Assembly (NCBI GenBank): GCA_020137815.1
Contig: CM035354.1
Coordinates: 7,936,001 to 8,000,000, forward strand
Reading direction: 5' to 3'
Origin: Hormiphora californensis
Taxonomy: Eukaryota > Animalia > Ctenophora
Length of the DNA: 64,000 bases
Below the pieces are notes generated by a model. It was not told the DNA's origin and made no database searches. It was given only the letters and a program-made list of their open reading frames with translations. This document shows positions 1 to 15,478 of the stretch, piece after piece (position 1 is the first letter of the stretch; the number at the start of each line of letters is the position of its first letter). The position numbers and the translations under genes were made by a program.

Positions 1-504
1 TTGATTACCATGACAACGTGTGGCTAAAATACTAACCAGAGGAATTCGTTGTAACAATGTCCTTTCTTTCTATAAAAACTCGGCCTTTAGATTAGAAAAT
101 ATTGATTTTATTCTACTCGCACTAATGCTAGTTATATAAGTCGGGCTATCTTTAACAGTTTCGGTGCCGTTATTTTTGTCTCTATTTTTAATAGGATTTT
201 GGGATTAGACTGAAAGTATGGGATCATTTGAGAAGTAGTGAAGATTTGAAACATGTTAGCAACTTGCCGGCTTCGACAAAACTAAACCCATATGATTCCA
301 AATTCGGGTCGGACGAGAGGGAAAAGCTTGCCTTTTGCGAAAACATAAAGTGAGCGATTTAGCAGAAAGTATAAGCGGGAAGGACAGGAGAAACTAAATG
401 GAGTTATAGATAATCGCGCAAGTTGTAATCAGTAATGACAGCTGAAGTATTTTGCGGTCCCTAGCTATGCCTACACCGTTCTTTAGAGATTAATATTATT
501 ACTG

Positions 505-1775
505 CTTTATAGAATCCGAGGGAAATCGTAGTATAAAATTTTGACAAAAACATAAAATTTATAGGGCAATGTAATTCCTTCACATAAAAATTGTGTACTT
601 AATAGGTCCCACACCATACCACCAAACGAAAGTTTTTTTTGTTTTTTACAAACCAACTCCTATGGGGATATGGTCCGATAATTACGGCATTAATTGGCAC
701 CTGGTATTTTCAGATATTGGGTCCAAAAATATAAATTCTCTTTTATTGTGCATAGCGAGTAAGAAGAAGAAAATAAGGGCACTAAAACCTGTGTCTAGGA
801 GTGCCTCGCAGTAGGAGGTGGTGGTTTAGAAGATTACAGTCGCAATAAAAGTATTCACTAATATTAGAATGCATTCATATACTAGGAATAATGAAGATAA
901 GTGCCGATATACATATTTCTACATCTCTGACTGCGCATAGCCGTTTTTGGCCCATAACGGAATTATTTGCCACGTATTAGGAATGTTTTTTAGAGGACGT
1001 CACCTGGGCCATTTGTAGCCAATTTGGGCCAAAGGTTATGTGAGGCCACCCTCCCGCCGGCGGTCCGAGGTACGGAACTGGTAAGCTCTTCTCCAACACT
1101 TTCACCCGTGCGTTATATTGGCACTCTCATTCTCAATAGGCCGTACATCTAAAAATGAGCAAACGAAAAATATAAAAAAAAAAAATAGAAAATAACAAAC
1201 AGGGTTAAAAAAAAAGAGCTGCCCAATTTTGGAGCACATTTAATTAGCACAAAGAACTGGCTTCTAAACGGTTGGAGATAGAGCTTAACAGTTCGACCCG
1301 GCGACCCCCATAACCACCCCCCCCCCGTATGCGCACCAATTGGCTTACAAAATGAGACACCAGGAAACGTCTCTTAAACCGTTACTAAGTGGTTCGCAAA
1401 TAGCCGTTAGGGCCAAAAAAACGGCTGTTGTCTCCCAATGCGCAGATCTAATTACCCAATTATCTAATTAACCAAATGAGATAGAGACTTTTCACGGGCA
1501 TCTAGCCACCCTAATGTCGAGGACCGCTACACAGTTTAGTGCCCTTATTTTTCTTCTCTACTCATATTCTAAGAGAATTTATATTTTGAGGGACCCATAC
1601 TGAGAATACAGGTGCTAATTAAGGCCATTATCGGAACCCCTTCCCCATGGAGTTGGGTTCCGGTTAAAACTTTCGTTGTGTTAGGGATGGACCTATTATG
1701 TACCATATTTAGTGAAGGAATTACATTGCCCCTATAAATTTTATGTTCAAAGCACGATTTCCTCGGATTAATAGC
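505..1775. mobile_element. Diverged long-TIR non-autonomous element
   Basis: About 505-830 is an imperfect reverse complement of about 1505-1775 (e.g. AAAAATAAGGGCACTAAA / TTTAGTGCCCTTATTTTT; GGGCAATGTAATTCCTTCAC / GTGAAGGAATTACATTGCCC). No TSD identified. Confidence 0.55.
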
Positions 1776-4020
1776 ATTACCACATGTGTACATGACTAGC
1801 GTGTGGTGGGACATGCGGTTAATGGTACTGCAGCCCCTCTAATATATGTGTGGAATATGTGGACTAGATCGGGGCAGCGAGAGAGGTGCCTGCAGTGATA
1901 GACTGGGAGGGGCAGCGAGAGAGGTGCCTGCAGTGAGAGAGAAATATAACAGCCTCAATATGATCACAGTCCCGGCCGTCAGACGCATATATATATCAAG
2001 ATGAGAGGTGGGGAGATCACACTGCGTACAAATCAAACTCTCATCCACCCTCCCTCTCTCTGTGTGTCTCGGATGATGTGACATATTATGCTGTGTAACA
2101 CACATAGTCCTAACTGGCGTGGTGAGACAGCTATAAAACATGCTACTATAATAGTTATAGGCTATATTATAGCCGTTATAGAATGGGCCGCCTCTCACAA
2201 TTATATAGTTAGGCTATAATGGTTAGGCTATAATGGGCCTCTCACAATTACATAGTTCTCACAGACCGCTACAAAAGATGCATCTTTAACAATGTCTGGG
2301 ATCCTGGGACAACTCCCCGGTACGGGGACTTCACTTCTCGTAATTTCCCCCCCTTCTAGGCCCCTTCGAACTCTTGTTTCTCCCCTTTATCCCCCGGCCC
2401 TGTCCCACTCTTTAAAACTTCTCGATACCTTTTCACTATTTCTATCCCACCCTGTTATATAGTTCTCTACGTACTCTCCCTCTGAGTCCGTTAATCTGGC
2501 TCTCTCTCTCTCTCTCTCTCTCCATTTTCTAAGTAACGGCTAAATTAAACTTTGTTGTTTTAATTAATAGCAACTGCCATTTTTAGACTCCTTCTCCATC
2601 TTCTAACTGCAACTGAGCTACAAAAAATAAGAAAGGAAGACCAGGGTTATGAGTGCTCTTATAAAATATCTCTCTCTAACTTAGCACGGTTAGCATGATA
2701 CTTAGTGGGCCATTTCAAAAACAACAGCTCTGAGAATCAAGTAGGATCCTGAGGAGGCCAGTAAATATTTACACATGTCGGAGAGAGAGAGAATTTAGTG
2801 GCACGACTAAATTAAACTTGGATAAACCGAGGCACCAGCTGTACGTCAGAGCGAGATAGCGAGGGAGATAGAGAGATGACAACAGGTTTCTAATTGTAAA
2901 GGAGTGCAGCACACCGGAAAATGAGCCCCTGCCGAGGACCAGTAAAAAGAAGGGGCAACATGCTCTGCCGATAAATTGAAACAATTGGAAAAAGTTGAAA
3001 AGATTTGCCGATGGACAATGCTGCTGGGAGCTGCTGCACGGGCTCTTTATATTGGAAACACCTTCCCCGGGCCCGGAGACAAAGGCCCTTCCGATATATG
3101 GGCAATTGGGCATGGGAGAGCTGTGCAGTACGGAACAAAAGATGAACTTATGTAGGAGTGGAAAAAGGGCGAATAACAGATCGGCAAAATCGATTTTATC
3201 ACTTGATCTAGTCATAAAGTTTTTAAAGGAAAGACAGCATTACCCACAGTCGACCTAGGTATGTGAGATAAAGATTTATTAGCTATAAAAATGGCCACCT
3301 AAGTCCTAAACAAAGTAAAAAAGGAGACAACTTTTTATATATAGCAACAAAACGACTCTCCCTCTCCCTCTCTCTTATCCCCAAATAACAAAAAACAATA
3401 AACAAAAAGATAAGGAGGGCACTAACTGGGGGAAAATTCAAAGAAAGGGAAAAAAGGGATGTGAGACACTCTGTATGAACTATGAGGGTGTAAAAAAGTT
3501 ACAAAATTTTTATCTGACCGTGTATTTATGGCCTATTTTTTCTTCCTCTTCTCTCCCTTCCTCTTCCCCCTCTCTTTCTCTTCTCTCTCTCTCTCTCCCC
3601 TCTCTCCCCCTCCTCTTCTCTCTCGCTCTCTCTCCCCCTTTGCCCCTCTCTCCCTATCTCTCTTCCCCTCAGCTATTCCCCCGGGAAAAAAAAAAACGTC
3701 ACATTCTACACAATTGTGCGTCTTTAGTAAAGGGGGAAAAACAATCAGTCGACACACGTGTTGGCAACCTAATGTTGGACCGACCCTGCTGGTGGTAAAG
3801 CAATTCAAATATCCTTCCCAAAATAGAAAAACATCCAAAAAAAAAAGGGTAAACATTTAAGGCATGACATGGTTAAAACCAGCATTATCGGTTTAGGGTT
3901 AGAGCGAGTACCAACATGATGTGTCACACACGCACAACTCGACATGCAGTAGTACCGAGTGTGGCTAAATCCCGGATACAACTCATTTGTGTATCCAATA
4001 TAATATACTGCCGGGAGCGG

Positions 4021-5830
<1,810 letters not shown>

Positions 5831-6684
5831 AAGAGAGGAGAAAGAGAGAGATAGTTGAGTAAGCGATAGATAAGGGCTCAAACTAGGCTGGTTACGTGCT
5901 TAAAGTTAAAAAAGCTAAACGCTCTTCTTGGTAGGACTGCTGCATGTCTTGAGTTAGTTAGAAGGGGGAGGGGGTGTCCCACCCCTTACTCAACAAAGTT
6001 AGAGGGGGAAGATAAAATGAGAAAGATTGGAGTGGGCCGTGGGGCCATTGAGGCTCCAAGCTGTTCTCGCGTGTATTAGCGTGGATTCAGGCATTCAGGA
6101 AAATGAGGAAGATCTTATCAAGCTAGTAATAAAGAGTTGTGTGTAAGAGTTGTGTAGCTCACACTGAGGCATAGCAAGCCAGGAGTATACAGTTGGGAAT
6201 GAATAGAGAATGAACCATTATAGACAGCTACCAATTGGCCAATTGCAAACCACTAAGATTTAGGAGATGACAGTCTTTTGTGGGACATATATGGAGAGTG
6301 TATTTCAAAAAGGGTTTGAAGGGGGGTTCCGGTCTACTTGAGGGGGGGGGGGGGGTTACTTACATGTTTAGCAGTAGTAGATATCAGTACATACACGTCC
6401 TGTAAATAGTAGGTCAGTTAGCAGAGTAATAGCATACATAAGTAGTTGTATTCAATTTACTAACGAAACAGGAAGAGAAAGTCCTTGTCTACTACTTTAG
6501 AATTTCTATATTTTAAAAGCTATACTAACAGCTGTATATTGGTCTGAATATCATCTGATATACTTCTAACACCACTGCGGTTTCCCCACTCAATTGACCG
6601 ACCATAAAGAAACCACAGTGGAACTACTACATACTATATAATAGTTTCTTCATGATCGTGTGATATGTAAATTGCAATAAAAAC

Positions 6685-6867
6685 AGTCAGAGTTTTTAGT
6701 ATTCTCTCTGGGCTGAACGAATGAAACAGACTGGTATAATGTCGCAACAAGTTTCGAGGATCTACCTCTTCATCGGGCTCAAATTCAAAGATCCTCGAAA
6801 CTTGTTGCGACATTATACCAGTCTATTTCATTCGTTCAGCCCAGAGAGAATACTAAAAACTCTGACT
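6685..6867. repeat. Near-perfect hairpin with 79-bp arms and a 25-nt loop; carries a hammerhead-like motif on the minus strand
   Basis: 6685-6763 is the reverse complement of 6789-6867, with one mismatch seen. Confidence 0.85.
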
Positions 6868-7522
6868 ATCAAACATGAGGCTAATAAACAGTTATCCGAT
6901 CATCCAACTGTCTGCAATAAAAACACGCCGAAAGAAACTTCTTAAAAATGACATCGATTCATAATCATTATTAGATGAAGCGATGGATTTCTCATTCAAT
7001 CAAAACGATTGGAGAGACAGGAAAACTAGTGATGAAACAAGAAAGCGATCTCTCTCTCCCTCTCTCTCCCTTATAATTCTCTCTCTCCCTCTCTCTTGTT
7101 GCGATTTCCGTCTCATAATCACACAATTTTCCTGAGAAACAAGAAGAATGTAGAAACCATGAAACGTTGAATCTGACCAAACTAAACCGTTTAAATTAAT
7201 TAATAAAAGTAGATACAGACAACTTATGAACTGATCACAATGCGTACACACTGAACTGAGTTAGAAACTATAAAACACTAGTACTGAGCTTTGTTCATAC
7301 CGTGTGGGGACAAATAGTTTTTAAGTAGAGTTTATTGTAAAACATTCAACTAAACAAAGATCAACGTTACACAAATATCACTATTATATCAATAGTAGTC
7401 ATTGAACGTCTTTTGAGTCGTAAGGTATGGGCTTCATTACCATTAAGTACAGGCAGTACTGGTACAATTGGCTAAAGTGTGCAGCGTTATGCAGCAGAGA
7501 AAGGACTAAATGGGAGAGAGAG

Positions 7523-7576
<54 letters not shown>

Positions 7577-8421
7577 GAGATATAAAGTCGTGGATAGAGA
7601 TGAAAAGAGAGTATGGGGATAGATTAGGGAGTAGAGAGCGATAACTGGAAACTATTGAACAGGAGAGATGGAGACAGTCGAGACAATATCTATTCGTTAG
7701 GCACTCTATATAAACACAGTTGCTTTATCTGGATGTGAAAAGGATAAAATATGAAAAGGTACAGCTTTTCAGGGATATTGATAGAGAATGAGTAAAGCGA
7801 GGGAATGAGAGTGCAAAGACACTAGACAACATACCGTATGGTATATGGTTATGGGTATTATTTATTACAATCAGATTTTGAATGACCATCAGAACCGGCT
7901 GTCCCATTTTCCAGATTCTTCTACCAGCCATATCACATGTAAAAACATGTGTAATTGTATCCTTTTTATCCTTTTTTATCCTCTTTTGCGCACAAGATTC
8001 AAAGTGTGCGAGAGAAAACAGAGAATCTGATAATTGTAACGGAGGGAAAGGGGGGACTCCGTACCCCATTTAAAAACAGTGGATTTCAGCTGTAAGTCCA
8101 CTTCCGGATCTCGGGAGACACTAATTTGTTGAGACCTTGACGTCTCGTTATGAAAGTATGAACAATAGAAGCACAACAAGAATTCTGAATTCTGAATGTT
8201 GTCTTGTACAATATTGGGAAAACAATAGCAAATTGAATTTATAAGAAAAGCAGCAGCTCGATATACGAGACAACAACTTTACAGAAGAACAGATTTAGAT
8301 GTCCATTACATGTCAAGGAAGAAGAAGAGTCCTAAAAAGCTTGGGAGCCAGGCTACTCAGGCAGCTGTGTTATGGGTGAGCTGCGTGGGAAGTACACTAG
8401 ATGAAGTAGCACATCTAGATG

Positions 8422-9200
8422 CAGGGCCCACGACACGGAATTTTTCCAGGGGGGGCCGGTGCGGAGCACCGGAATTTTTGAGATGCACACGCGACGACGG
8501 TGCCGCGAAGCGGCGCCGGAGGAGCAGCGGCAGGGGGTTTGGGGGCCGCAGGCCCCCAATGGGGTCCAGGGGTGAAGCCCCTGGTGGGGGTCTAGGGAGC
8601 GAAGCCCCCGGAAAAATTTTTGACTTTTAACCGATTTTTACTCATTTTAGGCATTTAGAAGTCCATCTCCACCTTCTTTCTGTTTACGTAGAACCTGTAT
8701 GTCTTGAAGGGAGCACCGGAAGAGCAGCGGCAGGGGGTTTGGAGGCCGCAGGCTCCCAATGGGGTCCAGGAGTGAAGTCACTGGTCACTGGTGGGGGTCT
8801 AGGGGGCGAGTCCCCCGGAAAATTTTTAGACTTTTTATCCGATTTTCACACATTTTAGGCATTTAGAAGTCCATCTCCACCTTCTTTCTGTTTACGTAAA
8901 ACCTGTATGTCTTGAAGGGGGCGCCGGAGGAGCAGTGGCAGGGGGTTTGGAGGCCGCAGGCTCCTAATGGGTTCAAGGGGTAAAAATTTAGACTTTTTAA
9001 CCGATTTTCACTCATTTGAGGCACGTAGAACTTATATATATGCCTTGAAGGGGGCGAAGCCCCCGAAAAATTTAGAATTTCAACTGATTTTCATGCATTT
9101 TTTACACTAACTCTACGAAATATTTCAATAAAATTTCCATGTTTGGTAAATCCCAGGGGGGGCCCGGCCCCCCCTGGCCCCCCCGGTGTCGTGGGCCCTG
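8422..9200. mobile_element. hAT-like MITE with internal tandem repeats
   Basis: TIRs CAGGGCCCACGACAC / GTGTCGTGGGCCCTG. An internal ~200-bp unit is repeated about 3 times. TSD only partial (AGATG). Confidence 0.75.
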
Positions 9201-9868
9201 AGATGAAGTACTGATCTGTGGTCGGACAATGACTTAAACAACTAATTACTACAGAGATCTGATCTATTATAATGGAGACTGGAGAGATATCACCTGCAAC
9301 TGTGCAGAGTGTTCGCGTGGGTTAAAGATATTTCTTTCACGTGTTATATCTAGTTCTTTGTTGTTGAGCAAACTGAACATTTACAGTTCCACAAAATGAT
9401 AACTATACCAGAGAAATGCAAGATCGACCACACAACAATTGCAACAGACTATCGAACTGCATAAAACGTGAGACGAACTGTTCAATGGAACATTAATATG
9501 AGCATGATCTTGATTAATAAAATTCTAAGTACGATATTCCTGATTCTCTGCTTAGTGCTGCTAGCGGACCTTGTCTCGAATGCTTACTCTCTCTCTCTCT
9601 CCTGCATTATATCTCTCTCAATCTCTCTCACTCAGATCTTCTCTCTCCTCTCTCTCTCTCTTCTCCTATCTCTCTTCTCTCTTCTTTTCTCTCTCTCTCG
9701 TCTCTCCTTCTCTTTTCTGCCTCTCTCTCTCTCTCTATCCCTTTTAGTGAGATGGTCATGTTTTGAGTGATCGAGAGTAATCCTTCTCCGTCTGTAACGA
9801 ATACACCGGGGTATGATAATTGGCGGCAATTATTGAGTGTGACGATGAACAAAGACTAAGAGAGGGGA

Positions 9869-9934
<66 letters not shown>

Positions 9935-10394
9935 GTGTGTAAGAGAGAGGGGAGAGAGATGGAAAGAGAGCGAGAAACAAGGTTAGTGCAAGAATATGGC
10001 CAAAAGTACTCCTACTGGTTATTCATCTATAACTAGCACTAGAGGAGTAGTAAATTAGGAAAAAAAGAGAGGTTGTCTAGTATAAACACGTGTTAAACTG
10101 CTGACATTAGCGAAGGAAGATAGAGAGGGCTATTTAGGGACTAGTGGAAAGCAGAGAAGAGGCCAGATCGGGTTGCCCAAATGGTATTGATTCGGTGGTA
10201 AGCAGTGAAATGAAATAAGTGTGAAATGCCTTATCTAGCCTGGCTATAATAGTAATCCTGTCTCTAATAATCCTGTCTATCCCGTCTATACATGTAGCAG
10301 TAGGACTAGGACGGAAACACGCGATACACCAAATCCTAGTGATTACTTGCAGAATTGAGAATACTCTTCCTCTCTTTTTCTCTATTTTTGGTGT

Positions 10395-10471
<77 letters not shown>

Positions 10472-10694
10472 CTCTCTCACTACATCAACTACCAATCATC
10501 TTCCAACTTCGCCCGATCTCCACTGAGAGGTTGAGAAACAATAATCGGCACGACTAACTAGATTATACTCTGCAACAATCGAGCAGCTAAAACATACACC
10601 AATCGATAGAGAAATGAGAAGGTGAGTTTGATGGTGATGGGAAGAGTAAAAGCAGAGAGAGAGAGAAGAGACGAGAGAAGAAGGATGAGAGAGA

Positions 10695-10779
<85 letters not shown>

Positions 10780-10902
10780 CTGACTGAGCGATAGAGAAAG
10801 CTGAACTCAGTTTCAGTTTCAGATAGGAAAGATTATGTCGAAACAAGAATATGTGATCTGAAGTGAACAAATTATTAATGGTCATGTAAATAGACATGGG
10901 AA

Positions 10903-12617
10903 CAGGGCTGGCTTCAGCCCGATATTTCTGGGGGGGTGCAATGGCCGAAGGCCACTTTTCCCCAATAGTAGCATTTGCGACCGTAGCGCCCGAAGGGCGC
11001 GTAGGGAGCTCCGCCCAGGGGGGGGGGTCCAGGGGGCGAAGCCCCCGGAAATTTTTAACTAAATCAAGCAAATTCTAGGGTTTTTAATCATTTGTGACGT
11101 CTACTTTCTAGATTTATGAATGCTACAATGCTCTCTCTCTCACTCAGTGATGTTCACTAGGTGATTTAAATTCGGTTGTGATCAGTCAAAAATTTTACTG
11201 AAAATTTTGTATTTTTGGGGTGGTTTCCCAATCCAAATGGTCTCAGACAGTCTTGGCAGACTTCGCTGGCAATTTCTGATTTGCCGCATACGGCGTCTAG
11301 ACGGCGTCGCAACGCCGTCTAGACGGCGTCTAGACGGTATACCGTCTGGACGGGTTTCGGTGAAATCAGCTAAAAACGGTACCGAAATTGCTTGAGACGG
11401 GTTATAGACGGTATCAGACGGTCTCTAGACGGTGTCTAGACGGTACCGTCCCGGCGTCTGGACGGCGTCTGGACGGTGTCTAGACGGTATCCGTCCGAAG
11501 TTGAGACGGCACGTCTGAAAATTGTACCAGACGTTGAGACGGACTTTTAGAACTCCGTCTGTATTTCAGACGGAGTTTTAAAAGTACGTCTCAACGCAGT
11601 CTAAAGGAAAATCGATGAAAGTACCGTCTAGACAACGTCTCAACTGAAACCGGTCAACATACCGTCTAAACAACGTCTAGACAACGTCTAAACAGAATCT
11701 CGCGATTCAGTTTCAAATACCGTCTAGACAACTTCTCCAGCAATTTCGATACGAATACCGTCTAAACAACGTCTAGACAACGTCTCAAATAATGATGTCT
11801 AGACTCGACCGTTCAGCCAAACTGTTTTGGTATCTCCACATTCACTCTTACATCCAGCTATCGCGTTGTAATACAACTGTGAGATACTGTCTATGGCTGA
11901 TACTATCAGTGATAGATAGTGTCGGTTATGAGACGTTGTTTAGACGGTATCTGTATCGGATTCGCTTAAGACGTTGTCTAGACGTTGTCTATACGGTATT
12001 CGTATCGAAATTGCTGGAGAAGTTGTCTAGACGGTATTTGAAACTGAATCGCGAGATTCTGTTTAGACGTTGTCTAGACGTTGTTTAGACGGTATGTTGA
12101 CCGGTTTCAGTTGAGACGTTGTCTAGACGGTACTTTCATCGATTTTCCTTTAGACTGCGTTGAGACGTACTTTTAAAACTCCGTCTGAAATACAGACGGA
12201 GTTCTAAAAGTCCGTCTCAACGTCTGGTACAATTTTCAGACGTGCCGTCTCAACTTCGGACGGATACCGTCTAGACACCGTCCAGACGCCGTCCAGACGC
12301 CGTCCAGACGCCGGGACGGTACCGTCTAGACACCGTCTAGAGACCGTCTGATACCGTCGCAACACCGTCTGATACCGTCTATAACCCGTCTAGAGACCGT
12401 CTGATACCGTCTATAACCCGTCTCAAGCAATTTCGGTACCGTTTTTAGCTGATTTCACCGAAACCCGTCCAGACGGTATACCGTCTAGACGCCGTCTAGA
12501 CGGCGTTGCGACGCCGTCTAGACACCGTATGCGGCAAATCAGAAATTGCCGACTTCGCTGCCAAGAATTTTTGGGGGGGTGTGCACCCCCCGCATCACCC
12601 CCCTGGAGCCAGCCCTG
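10903..12617. mobile_element. hAT MITE carrying a nested foldback element
   Basis: TIRs CAGGGCTGGCT..AG / CT..AGCCAGCCCTG. 8-bp TSD CATGGGAA at 10895-10902 and 12618-12625. Confidence 0.9.
11268..12550. mobile_element. Foldback / MULE-like palindromic element
   Basis: Inverted arms of about 520-600 bp start GGCAATTTCTGATTTGCCG and are built from TCTAGACG/CGTCTAGA modules. 9-bp TSD GACTTCGCT at 11259-11267 and 12551-12559. Confidence 0.9.
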
Positions 12618-13585
12618 CATGGGAAATAATCATGATATAATATGATTCACACAAAGGCATTAAATTGTCTAACCAGCCCCATACAAAGAGATCTGCTGGA
12701 AATGAGAAGAGAAGATTGAGAAAGACGAATGGCCAGACCCACTGGTTAGGTAGTTGTTTTCTATAGAAGCAAGATTACACAACACGATTTACACGTACAA
12801 AGTGAAACATTCGGGTTAAATCTGTCTACAACACGGCTGTATTGTGCATGTGTTTCACTTGGACTTCTCACGGCACTGTTCGCACAAATATATATGGGAG
12901 TGGTAGTTGTTACATAACCAAAATAACTTCTGTGAAAATGATTATCCAGAGCGAGCTCTTCCAGACCTCGACACGTTGTGACAATCACAGAGTAATTAGA
13001 GAGCTACGTGATGAATACAAAACCAAACAATTAATATTATGATGCTACAGACACGTCTCACAGGCCATTATTTAAAAGCGAAGCGTATAAGCGAAGTAAA
13101 AAAAGGGCCAAATAAAAAGGAGGCCGATAGAAAAATAGACCCTAATGTGTGAATGAAGTAAAACAACTTACCTTTTATCGAATCACACTTTTGGCCAGGT
13201 CCATTTGAACTCTTTGATCCAGTTTGCTCCGAAGTTTACCTAAAAGAGGATACTGTAATTGGGCGGTACATGTTTTGGACAAAGCCTAAAACTGTGTTTT
13301 TTTGTAGTTGAGAAAGGCGTTCATACAGACAAAATAAAACAAGCCCCTTTCACAAAGGATGCAACTAAAATAGATTAACATTGAATGTTGACATTATCAA
13401 TATTAAGTCATACTATCAGCTCAAGTCCTTCAAATTAATCTCTTGAATAAATCCATTATGATGATTATAGCTTGGGACTTTGTTCTCTACTTCTCTATCG
13501 GTATTCACTGGAGAGTATTTTATGTAGTGAGTCGACACTAATCTCGATGATAATTTTTCCTCAGTCCTGATCACTTCAGAAGTTT

Positions 13586-14581
13586 TCATTCCAGAACAGT
13601 TTCCATAACCGTCACCACACCACCCTCATTGGTATTGTCCGATATTTTCACAGAGGCCAGCATCTTCCGTACTTCAGACTGAGTCCCCTTATCCGCAATC
13701 AGAAGGGCAACTGCAGTGTAGCTTGCCTGAAAACACTGGAATAGACAATACTGCGTTACGGCAACATATGGATTGGAGGGCATAAATCTGCCAATAATGT
13801 CTTTAGCAATGTCCAGGATAACTTGCACGATCTGCCCTCCCACCAGGACTAACACCATCTTAACACCATTCCTCCGCTGCTCTCTGGTCTCTGCAGGAGT
13901 GTCATCTGCCTTCCGCAACATCTTAATAGTCCGCCATGTGTGTTCCAGAGAGGAGATAAGGAGAGCGACCATCAATAGATCAGAAACAGAATACAAGGAT
14001 ATGACCGTTTCTTCTGAGTATACTTTATATACCAACTTATCAAACTTTGATGCGATAACAACAGCATCAGGGACAGTAAAAGCAATAACAGCGGCTCCAG
14101 CCAGGCATATAACTACAGTTGCAATACCAAAACCAATAACTTTCCTCAGGATCTCTTTGTAAGGGATAGCATCAAACGGGTCAGCGATTGCTCGATACCG
14201 GGAGAACGCCATAAGATACAGCAGAGCAGTAGAGTAGAGATTTCCCGAATTGTAGACGAACCCGTATACTTGATCAAATGCGGTTGCAAAACGAAAATCG
14301 ATGTCCTGATTTGGGGTGTCTTTAACAATGGAATAGGTCCAGCTGGTAGAAATGAACACACCGAGGACAAGGTACACCCCACAAAGACAGGTTGTCAGTA
14401 GAGCCGGAATAGAGTTGGAGATCCGGGCAATCCGGGACTTGATTACAATTGGGTTGAGGAGAATACCGGGTAGGGACAGGAGGACGACCAGAGTAAGGAA
14501 GAGAGGGTCCACATAGGATGGGAACGTCCACCTGATATCCGTTGAGTTGGAGATGTTGTAAGTATCAACAAAAATTGCCAT
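13586..14581 (-). CDS. Divergent rhodopsin-like 7TM receptor, cluster copy 1 (single coding exon)
   Basis: Seven hydrophobic segments. TM1 ILLN; DRY-like FSRYRAIADPF after TM3; N-glycosylation sequons in the N-terminus. ATG placed by alignment with the paralogs. Confidence 0.85.
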   Translation of the reverse strand: MAIFVDTYNISNSTDIRWTFPSYVDPLFLTLVVLLSLPGILLNPIVIKSRIARISNSIPALLTTCLCGVYLVLGVFISTSWTYSIVKDTPNQDIDFRFATAFDQVYGFVYNSGNLYSTALLYLMAFSRYRAIADPFDAIPYKEILRKVIGFGIATVVICLAGAAVIAFTVPDAVVIASKFDKLVYKVYSEETVISLYSVSDLLMVALLISSLEHTWRTIKMLRKADDTPAETREQRRNGVKMVLVLVGGQIVQVILDIAKDIIGRFMPSNPYVAVTQYCLFQCFQASYTAVALLIADKGTQSEVRKMLASVKISDNTNEGGVVTVMETVLE

Positions 14582-14764
14582 GTTTTCTGTGCGCAAAAGT
14601 GAGATTAAAGACACACGATCTATAGGATGGTATATATTAAAGACACAGATGGTTGTGTTAGAGTTTTCTTTTCAGAGGTGCCTTCCTCATTATGGCTTAA
14701 CAATACACGTAAACAGCCGCATCTGTCTACAACAATTACGTGCACGGGCGATAAAGATAAAGAT

Positions 14765-14868
<104 letters not shown>

Positions 14869-15029
14869 GAGAAAGTTACTGCACACACACACACAAGACA
14901 CTTACACACACTCCTTACGAGATACAGACAACAGTCTAGGAATATATTAATAATTGAACGCAGCTGTTGATCCAAGGATTGGATCATTTATAGTGTATTC
15001 CCAATGACGTAGAAAAGGGAGTATGCAGT

Positions 15030-15478
15030 CAGGGGTGGCCCCAGCACGGATTTTTTGGGGGGGTGGTGTGGCCGAAGGCCACACACCAATACCGAAACCC
15101 AGCGACCGAGGTGCCGCGAAGCAGCGCTGAGGGAGCTGCGGTAGGGGGTTTGGGGGGCGCAGCCCCCCAACAGGGTCCAGTGGCAGAGCCCTTGGTGGGG
15201 GCTAGGGGGCGAAGCCCCCGGACAATATTTGATTTTTGATGCATTTTAAACAATCTAAAACAACTTTTTTGAACAATTTTCAGAAACTTTCTCAGTGACC
15301 TTTTGCCCTCGGTGTGAGGGAAAGGGGCGAAGCCCCCGGAAAAATTTTGCTTTTGATGAATTTTAGCTATTTAGAACACATTTTAAGACCATTTTACCAC
15401 CCCCAACAACCCCTATCTGAAAAGTTTGGGGGGGGGGGGGTTGCCACCCCCCACCACCCCAGGCTGGGGCCACCACTG
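15030..15478. mobile_element. hAT MITE
   Basis: TIRs CAGGGGTGGCCCCAGC / GCTGGGGCCCACCACTG. TSD TATGCAGT. Empty sites in paralogous units near 19150 and 25255. Confidence 0.9.

Noticed and set aside
13773-14531. Antisense and alternate-frame ORFs over the receptor genes (also 49607-50017 over XRCC3)
   Set aside because: Shadow ORFs, repeated only because the underlying genes are duplicated; no independent features.
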